From contig OX597820.1 in NCBI GenBank assembly GCA_951406725.2, positions 35,774,001-35,838,000 on the forward strand: a DNA stretch of 64,000 nt, in the 5' to 3' direction. Position numbers and translations under genes: made by a program. Origin of the DNA: Octopus vulgaris (taxonomy: Eukaryota). This document shows positions 54,442 through 64,000 of the stretch, one piece after another. How positions within the stretch are numbered: position 1 is the first letter of the stretch; the number at the start of each line of letters is the position of its first letter. The notes under the pieces were generated by a model that saw nothing but the letters and a program-made list of their open reading frames with translations, was not told the origin of the DNA and made no database searches.

Positions 54442-55648
54442 TATAAATATATATACATATATACATATACATATATATATATATATATATGTAAATATAT
54501 ATATATACATATATATATACATGCATATATACATATATATTATTTTATTCATTTAGTTGTTTCAGTCATTTGGCAGCCATGCTTGAGCACCGCCTTTAGT
54601 CGAACAAATCGACCTCAGGACTTATTCTTTGTAATCCTACTACTTATTTTATTGTTCACTTTCGTTGAACTGCTAAGTTACGGGACGTAAACACACCAAC
54701 ATTGGTTGTCAAGCGATGGTGGGGGACAAACACAGACACACACACAAATACATAATACATATATATACATATATATATAAATGGAACAAAAACGGAATCG
54801 AGGACATCAAAACATTCGGACAGATATACGATACAAAGACGGACAAGAGAAACAACAATGAGAAGAACAGGCAAAAAAAAAAGCCGGTTCATTCGTGGCT
54901 TTCTTTCTTCAGTCAAGTTCCAGAAGTCACTACCATTTCGGGCAGTTACACTTGAGATGGTTCAATCTGGTTGCCCCAAAAAAGTCTAAGCCAAGAGCAT
55001 TAGACTCCTTTGTAAGAAAGCTAGTGAATGTGTGCGGCAACAAAGACAAAGAAACATACAAACAAAAATCGGAGAACTTGATACACAATTATGAATACAA
55101 ACAACAAGAAATAGCATGTCTTTCGACTGAGAACGAATCAAATTGAGCTGGCGTGTATGAAGTGAAAGCCATAAGAGATGGATATAAGTGGTGTTGGCGG
55201 TCGGTAGTCAGGCCAAGAAAGAAAGATCTTGGCTGGCCGGACACCGGTCACATGGAAGGAGGTGAGATGGGTGGGGGACAGCGCGATCGAAGGATTAGAA
55301 AAAAATCAGAGACAAAGAGAAACGTGAGATAAAGGAGTGGGAAATAGTGTGAGTTAAAAAAAGAGAGGGCCAAGAAATGTGAGAGAGCAGTAGCGAGAAA
55401 AGGGAAGAAAAATGAGGGGGGAATAAAAGATAGAGTAAGAGTCCTACAAAATTTAGATACCTACTATAAGGTGAGCACAAGGGTGTACGTACGCCGCTAT
55501 AATATATACAAATATAAAAAAAGGAACAAAAGCGCAATAGAGGACATTAAAAACATAGATGTTACAAAAGCGGACAAGAGAAACAACAATTAGAAGGACA
55601 GAAAAAGAAAGACGGGTCATTCGTGGTTTTCTATCCTCAGTCAAATTC

Positions 55649-56025
55649 GGCAAATTTGTTGTTGAAGATGCACCTAAATTTGAAAAACTTGTAATTGTTT
55701 AAAATAAATTTATTTACATATATACCGAACTAGTTTCAACAATATTTTTTTGTTTATCAATGGTAAAAATTTAGAATTATGAATTAGAAAAACATCTTCA
55801 AAAATTTCAATGTTGACAAGTTTAAATGTTCATAACAATCAATATTATTTAAACTTGTCAACATGGAAATTTTTAAAGAATGTTTTTCTAATTCATAATT
55901 CTAAATTTTTACCATTGATAAACAAAAAATATTGTTGAAACTAGTTTGGTATATATGTAAATAAATTTATTCTAAACAATTACAAGTTTTTCAAATTTAG
56001 GTGCATTTTCAACAACAAATCTGCC
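55649..56025. mobile_element. Inverted PLE-type pair (arms of about 180 bp) with U3-A8 HHRs at 55723-55765 (-) and 55910-55951 (+)
   Basis: tacca-TTGATAA-acaa aaaata ttgtt-GAAA-ctag-TT-tggta; arms are near-perfectly complementary. Confidence 0.8.
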
Positions 56026-56064
56026 TATATTTTTACCTGCGTGGAAACACCACCCCATCTTTTG

Positions 56065-56110
<46 letters not shown>

Positions 56111-57396
56111 GTACGTATGTATGTATGTATGTATGTATGTATGTATGTATGTATATATGTATGTATGTATGTATGTATGGTTGATCCGAAATTGTGAATG
56201 AATTACACCACTTCATGGACTCAGTAATTCCGTACAATCGTTCTGAGAGTTCAATAAGCTCCTATGCAGGAATTTCTTTTGATTTAGTATAGCACAGTAA
56301 TGGACCCACTTTTCAGTCCAATCAGCTATAAAAGCAGCGGCACAATACAGCTTGAAACGACCAGAAATCAATTACACCTCGGATATTTTGTACGAGTTTA
56401 TCTTCTCCTAGAAGGGAGTTCTAACGAGAACTAGGGATCGTTCACTCCAAGTGGTTCACATGCTAATTAACCCATTGGTAGAACCTTAGTATGCCCTACT
56501 CCGGGTCAGAGTAGACTTAGATGCAATAGTAGCTAAGATATGGTTCCACACTCTCCAAAACTCTTGGACTTCTGTAGTAGGAGCCCTCTACCGAATGCAG
56601 TGTAAAATCATACCTAGAACATATATCATATATGTTTTAGCTTTTACTAGTTTTAGTCATTGAACTGCAACCATGGTGAAGTACCGTCTTTAACGGTTTG
56701 AAGAAGGACAAATCGTCAGTGAGGAAGCGGTTACTAGTGGATACTGGCCACTGGTGAGCTCAAAGAAGCAGTAATCTGTATTTAGCAATTCTACCGCGTC
56801 TGTTGAACGCTTTTCCTCTGTTGCTAATATACATCTGTGTTTTTTAGCACCATACATCTATATGAGATGCTTTCTCGAGACGAATAGTGCAGTTTCCTGA
56901 CTTTCTACAGTGTATCCAAGTTAAGTAAGGTATACAGAATGATATTCTTAACCAATACTGCTTCCATCGTTCATGTAACTGAGACAGAGATAAAGAAACA
57001 TTGATCATAGAACAAACATTAAATTCGAATCAACGACTTTATATATAACACCATACCACAAACATTTGATCATATATAAATATTACCATGATTCTTACAC
57101 ATATAAAATTATACATACACACAAAAAAAACATAGAAGGTAAAAATATATATGCGAATAAAATACAAATATATAGCACGGCCTATCAAAAACTATATATA
57201 AATGACTAATAATTCATAAAAATTCTAAAGCGTGTCATGCAACTAAAAAATTAAATAAACTAAGTTAAAATAAAATATCAATCGACTAGAAAAAATTTTT
57301 TAAAGTTTTTTTTACTCCCTTCACACAAGAGTACGTCCAGAAAGTTCAATTCTTAAAACCATGGTAGGTTAGAGTCCTAATAGTATGTGTGTGTGT

Positions 57397-57449
<53 letters not shown>

Positions 57450-57756
57450 CTTTTATTTGTGTGTGTGTGTGTGTGTGTGTTCTTTTTTATTTGTTTCAGT
57501 CATTTGATTGCAGCCATGCTGGAGCACTGTCTTTAGTCAAACAAATCGATCCCAGGACTTATTCTTTGTAAGCCTAGTACTTATTCTGTCAGTTACCTTT
57601 GCCGAACCGCTAAGCTACGGGGACGTAAACACACCAGCATCGGTTGTCAAGCGATGGTGGGGGGGGACAAACACAAACACACAAACTACTCAGTCAATTA
57701 TTTTCTCTCTTCCTAAGTGTGTGTGTGTGTATGTGTGTGTGTGTGTGCGCGCGCGC

Positions 57757-57787
<31 letters not shown>

Positions 57788-58074
57788 CGCGTGTACTCGA
57801 ATTATGGACAGTTTATTTAACAGTTCAAAACTGATGAATCAGTCCGTTGTTGTAAGTGACAAAATTTCTCGCTGACCGCCATCCAAAGGGCAACGGAAGG
57901 AAATATGTGTGTGTGTATGTGTGTGAGTGTGTGTATGTGTGTGAGTGTGTGTATGTATGTATGTATGTATGTATGTATGTATGTATGTCAATATATGTAT
58001 GTCCGTATATTTATGCCCATATATGTATGCAAGTATATAATTATATGATATAATAATTGCCGTTGTTGCTGTTA

Positions 58075-58493
58075 AAGTGACGAACTGGCAGCACGTTGGA
58101 CAAAATGCTAAGCATCAGTTCTTCTGGTTCTTTGCAGTCTGAGTTCAAACTTCACCGAGGCCGATTTTGTCTTTCACCCTTTCACGTTCGATGAAATATG
58201 TACCACTAGGGTCGAAGTGATTGACTAGCCTCTTCCGCTAAAATTTCAGGCATTGCGCCCATAGGAGAAAGGCGAAATGCTTTGCGGTATTTCGTCTGCA
58301 GCTACGTTCTGAGTTCAAATTCCGCCGAGGTCGACTTTACCTTTCATTCTTTCGGGGTCGATAAATTAAGTACCAGTTGCATACTGGGGTCGATCTAATC
58401 GACTAGCCCCCTCCCCCAAAATTTCGGGCCTTGTGCCTAGAGTAGAAGAGATTATTATTATTATTATTATTATCATCATTATTATTATTATTA

Positions 58494-58534
<41 letters not shown>

Positions 58535-59090
58535 CATTATTATTATCGTTGTTGTTATTGTTATTAAGGCGGCGAGCTGGCAGAAACGTTAGCACGCCGG
58601 GCGAAATGCCTAGTGGTATTTCGTCTGTCGTTACGTTCTGAGTTCAAATTCCGCCGAGGTCAACTTTGCCTTTCATCTTTTCCGGGTCGATTAAATAAGT
58701 ACCAGTTACGCACTGGGGTCGATGTAAATGACTTAATCCCTTTGTCTGTCCTAGTTTGTCCCCTCTATGTTTAGACCCTTGTGGGCAATAAAGAAATAAG
58801 AAACGTTAGCACGCCCGGCGAAATGCTTAGAGGTATTTCGCCTGTCTTTACGGTCTGAGTTCAAATTCCGCCGAGGTCGACTTTGCCTTTTATCCTTTTG
58901 GGGTCGATAAATTAAGTACCAGTTGCGTACCGGGGTCGATCTAACAGATTGGCCCCCATCCCCCCAACATTCTGGGCCTAGAGTAGAAAGGATTATTATT
59001 GTTGTTGTTATTGCAAAGGTGGTGAGTTGGCAGAGGCGTTAGCGCATCGAACAAAGTGCTTAGCTGCATTTCTTCCGGCTCTTTACCTAT
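58075..59090 (+). mobile_element. SINE family A cluster interleaved with (ATT)n
   Basis: Multiple heads, modules and tails bounded by attatt runs. Confidence 0.9.
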
Positions 59091-59305
59091 CATACCTTAG
59101 GAGTCGCTATAATTCGTTGGATTATTACTATCATTTATTGACAGAAATGTGTGGATGGCATTTATCACGAAACTCCCTGCTGTGTGGTAAGAATTTTGCT
59201 TCCTAACCACACGATTCCAGGTTCAGTCCCGCTGCGTGGCACCTTGGGCAAGCATCTTCTATTGTAGTCCCGAACTAATCATGGCTTTGTGAGTGGATTT
59301 ATGTA

Positions 59306-59354
<49 letters not shown>

Positions 59355-59541
59355 GTGTGTGTGTAATGGGCGCGCGCGCGTGTGTGTGCTTGTTCCACAA
59401 TACCGATAGGTAATAGTCTTTGAAAAACATTAGTTCTGAGTCGCTTAGTTCGACTATGATTCTTCTATGCAGTGCCCCAGCATGGCCGCAACCCAAAGAG
59501 TGAAACAAGTAAACGGTTAAAAGTATATATAAGCATACACG

Positions 59542-59587
<46 letters not shown>

Positions 59588-59740
59588 TACACACACACAT
59601 ACACACACACATACACACACGATTATCGGATGGCCAACGGGCTTATCCGAGGCGATTTTAGTTTTAAAAAAGACAGAATTGCATGTGTGTGTGTGTGTTT
59701 ATCATTGTATGTTTGTATTAGGCGACCAGTATATATATAT

Positions 59741-59774
<34 letters not shown>

Positions 59775-59783
59775 TTACTCACA

Positions 59784-59838
<55 letters not shown>

Positions 59839-60165
59839 AAAGCCCCGAGGGAAGTAGATGCCTTAGTCATCACAACTCTTACCCCTTTCGCACACCCACA
59901 ATCATATACATTACACTGACACACATACAAACTCACACACCTTCACCCTCAAGACATACGCCTTACTCACGTGCAAAAGCAGACGATATATTCTTGTCGA
60001 AAATTCAAGGCTCATCATTATGTTCGTTGGCAGAAGCTAACTTTCTTTCTGTCTGTGTAAACATCTATCTATCCACCCATCTGCCTGTCTATCTATCTGT
60101 CTGTCTGTCTGTCTATCTATCTATATATTTATCTATCTATCTATATTATCTATCTTTCTCTCTCA

Positions 60166-60237
<72 letters not shown>

Positions 60238-60879
60238 GTCTATCTATCTATCTATCTATATTATCTATCTTTCTCTCTCAGTCTACTAATTTATCTATCT
60301 TATGATTGTTTATCTATCCATCATTTCCTCTGTCTTTCTTTCTAGCAAGATAAAGAGAGAGAGAGAGAACAGAGATAGGGGACAGAGATGGAGAGAGAGA
60401 GAGACAGATAAACAGACAGGGACAGGGTGAGGGATGGGTAGATGAATGAATGAATGATTTTTCTAACAGATACATACGGAAAGAGATGAGGGGAAAGAAA
60501 GAGTGAGAAAGAAAAAGATAGAGGAGACAGACACACAAAGAGACAGAGTGACAGAGTCAGAAACACAGAGAAAGAGATGGATGGATGGATGGATGGATGG
60601 ATGGATGGATGGATGGATGGATGGATGGATGAATGGATGGATGAATGGATGGATGGATGGATGGATGGATGGATGGATGGAGGAATATATATATCCTTAA
60701 ATCATTAAAAATCCTTCAGCCCGAAAGGTGCGGCCATGCTGGAGCACCACCGTTGAATGAGCTAGACTAGTATGTGAAACTACCTCTGATACGTGACACT
60801 TGGTCGGTCAACAAGGGAGTTCGACGCCACTGCCCGCATCTGTGTTTCCTGCCGAGAGGTAGGTTCATCTGGATCCCCT

Positions 60880-61003
<124 letters not shown>

Positions 61004-61041
61004 GTGTATAGACCGACAGACAGACAGACAGACAGACAGAC

Positions 61042-61114
<73 letters not shown>

Positions 61115-61404
61115 CTAGGGTTTAGCAATCTGTTATCAATTAAGTTTTAATTACCGTGGATATCTTCTATGACGTTTATAGATTAATTAAGCATTTACGA
61201 GAGTGTTACCCGTCATATGATTTTATAACGTTGGGAGTATTCTTTTGCCACTGTGAGTAATAGGAAAGCTAGCATACATACATACAGTCAATATAATCTG
61301 GCTTTTATCAAATTTCTTGGTGCTTATACGAAATGATGAAATGAATCCTAACCTTCAAACGCAAAACATTTATTTCTCTCTCATTTATTCCACCTTCGCC
61401 TCCT

Positions 61405-61578
61405 CTACCACCTCCTCCTTCTCCACTTCCCCTCTTCTTTGTCTCCCTCCATCTCCGCCGACTCTATGATTCTTCGTCTCTCACTGTGTATAGCGATCCA
61501 TTACTCACTGCCGGCCGCCAAGCCTAATAGGTGCACTCATCTTGCACCTGCTACGTTAACTCTTTTTCATTACGATGT
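61405..61578 (+). repeat. Dispersed segment duplicated at 62790-62968
   Basis: Near-identical ctcctccttctccacttcccc...ttacgatgt; the second copy leads into the HHR-bearing PLE end. Confidence 0.85.
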
Positions 61579-62003
61579 AAAGAGTATGCATGCATGTATG
61601 TATGTATATATATATATATATATGTATATATATGAGAAATGGAAAACAAAACAATAAGTTCGATTCAATTTATTTTATACAAACAAATGACACATCTCAT
61701 GAGTTGCAGCTGTTTCCGCCTCATTAATAAAACGAAGTTTTTCAAAAGTAATCAAATCCGTTTAGATATGTAATGGTGCTTCATCAGAGCGACATATCTG
61801 CTTCAATGTTTCACGAAAACTATCAATTGAAAATATTTTTAAGTGCTAAGGCCTTTTTAAGAGCGAGCTTAATCATAAATACGTAAATAATCTAACTGAA
61901 ATTACGTAAATTTCTAAATTTAAATCTATAAATATTCAGTCCTATTACCGATTTTATTGCACCTAACTAAATTGTTATTTTTTAAATATATATGTGTGTG
62001 TAT

Positions 62004-62083
<80 letters not shown>

Positions 62084-63058
62084 ATATTTAGAAGAAGTAA
62101 TTGAGTGACTCAAGGTCCTAGAGTTTTGTGCGTTGGCACTTAAACTTATTACTTGTTTTTCTTTGCTTTTTTATTCTACATCTCACAATGAATGGATCCC
62201 TCTCTTAGAACCAAATTTCCATCACAGGAACTCAAATAACAATCGAAAGAAATAGATTTTATACACATACATAGGCGCAGGAGTGGCTGTGTGGTAAGTA
62301 GCTTGCTAACCAACCACATGGTTCCGGGTTCAGTCCCACTCCGTGGCATCTTGGGCAAGTGTCTTCTGCTATGGCCCCGGGCCGACCATTGCCTTGTGAG
62401 TGAATTTGGTAGACGGAAACTGAAAGAAGCCTGTCGTATATATGTATGTATATATATATGTATGTGTGTGTTTGAGTGTCTGTGTTTACGCCCTCTAGCA
62501 TTGCTTGACAACCGATGCTGGTGTGTTTACGTCCCCGTCACTTAGCGGTTCGGCAAAAAGAGACCGATAGAATAAGTACTGGGCTTACAAAGAATAAGTC
62601 CCGGGGTCGATTTGCTCGACTAAAGGCGGTGCTCCAGCATGGCCGCAGTCAAATGACTCAAACAAGTAAAAGAGTAAAAGAGTATACATGCATACATACA
62701 TAAATACATACATGCATACATACACACACACACACATATATATATATATTCCCCCTTCACCTCCTTTACCACATCCTCCTTCTCCACCGCCGTCTCCTCT
62801 TCCTCCTTCTCCACTTCCCCTCTTCTTTGTCTCCCTCCATATCCGCCGACTCTATGAATCTTCGTCTCTCACTGTGTATAGCGACCCATTACTCATTGCC
62901 GGCCGCCAAGCCTAATAGGTGCACTCATCTTGCACCTGCTACGTTAACTCTTTTTTCTTACGATGTCATTGTCCGAAGTCAGGACGCCGTGATAGATCGT
63001 TAGCTACTACACGCATTTTTTTCTCTCCTTGTTTCTCTCCTTGTTTTTTTCTGTGTAT

Positions 63059-63094
63059 CTTTCTGTCGAAGAGCGTAGGCTCGAAACGTAAAAG
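63059..63094 (+). ncRNA. Minimal HHR, U6 family (best-preserved copy)
   Basis: cttt-CTGTCGA-a-gagc gtag gctc-GAAA-cg-TA-aaag. Confidence 0.65.
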
Positions 63095-63200
63095 ACTTTT
63101 TCTATTCCTGGGCGTTATACTAATACATTTGTTTGTTTGTACTCCACCTGCCTTCGTCTTTTGTTTATTCTCGTAAACTTTCCCATTATATATATATATG

Positions 63201-63250
<50 letters not shown>

Positions 63251-64000
63251 TATAGCAGTATCGCCCTTTAGAATTGCAATTTTTGGAAAGTAAAAATTTT
63301 GCATTATGTAGCTTGTTATTCTCTTTAAGTGAACATTTTTCTGGTTGAAATACACCAAAAAATGGCGACACAGCAGTCAAAAACTCGTAAAAAATAGAGG
63401 TTTTCATAGAAAAAAAGCACCTTTAAGATGTAAATAATTTTTGATCTTAACATGGTCCGATTTGAATTTTATCTTCTACGGAAGGAAGAGTAAGCCTTCT
63501 ATCATACTCTCAATTTTGATCAACTTGCGCCGCAGCAGGGTCTCGGAGGAGATAGTGTTAGTTGAAGGCTACCAAACCTGCCATACACAGACAACATATA
63601 TAAATAAAATACAAAATGGGACAAGGACGCAAAACATCCGGACAACTAGGTGATGCAAAAAGGGAGAATAAAAAACATCCAGATAGACGGTACAAAGAAA
63701 AAAAGGACGGGTCATTAGAAGTTTTCTATCTTCTGTCAAGAACCAGATTATCCTCCTCATAATTTCGGCTGATTATTCTTGAGATTGCTCCAAGGAAAAA
63801 CTAAGCTTAGAGCATTAGATTCCTTGGAAGAAAGCAGTGAATGTATACAAAAATAAGGACGGAAAAAACGGACAATGTTACACAAATATAAATACAATAA
63901 GAATAATAACAGGACATAACAACAGGTGTCTTTCGACTAAGGACGAATTTAATTAAGCTGGCGCGTGTGGAAATATTCATATATCTATATATATATATAT

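Noticed and set aside
54885-54990. gaCTGAAGA / gaCTGAGGA motifs in PLE-type repeats (also at 55610-55645)
   Set aside because: No properly placed GAAA or stem I could be built.
61701-61790. Minus-strand CTGATGA...GAAAcagctgCA hammerhead with long stem II
   Set aside because: U16.1 is lost and stem I does not pair. Probably a decayed HHR, so it was not called.

Overview
Repeat-dominated, AT-rich eukaryotic DNA, very probably from an octopus or related cephalopod. That species call is inferred from extreme microsatellite density and the tRNA-derived SINE families. Almost all ORFs in the supplied track are microsatellite translations, and no intact protein-coding gene is evident. Supported content: decayed Penelope-like elements (RT thumb plus GIY-YIG); about 15 minimal hammerhead-ribozyme (HHR) motifs, many in head-to-head inverted pairs and with several natural core variants (G3-C8, U3-A8, C4, U6); and a 1.77-kb ORF1-only (CCHC zinc-knuckle) non-LTR element with a 13-bp TSD. 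That element is nested in a diverged relative and shares its 3' tail with an abundant SINE. Also present are three SINE families, CR1/Jockey/RTE/R4-like LINE ends, non-autonomous Helitrons, mariner/hAT/piggyBac remnants, foldbacks, a 107-bp tandem array, a tRNA-Ser pseudogene and a few weak minus-strand exon candidates. All calls were made by eye and coordinates may be off by a few bases.
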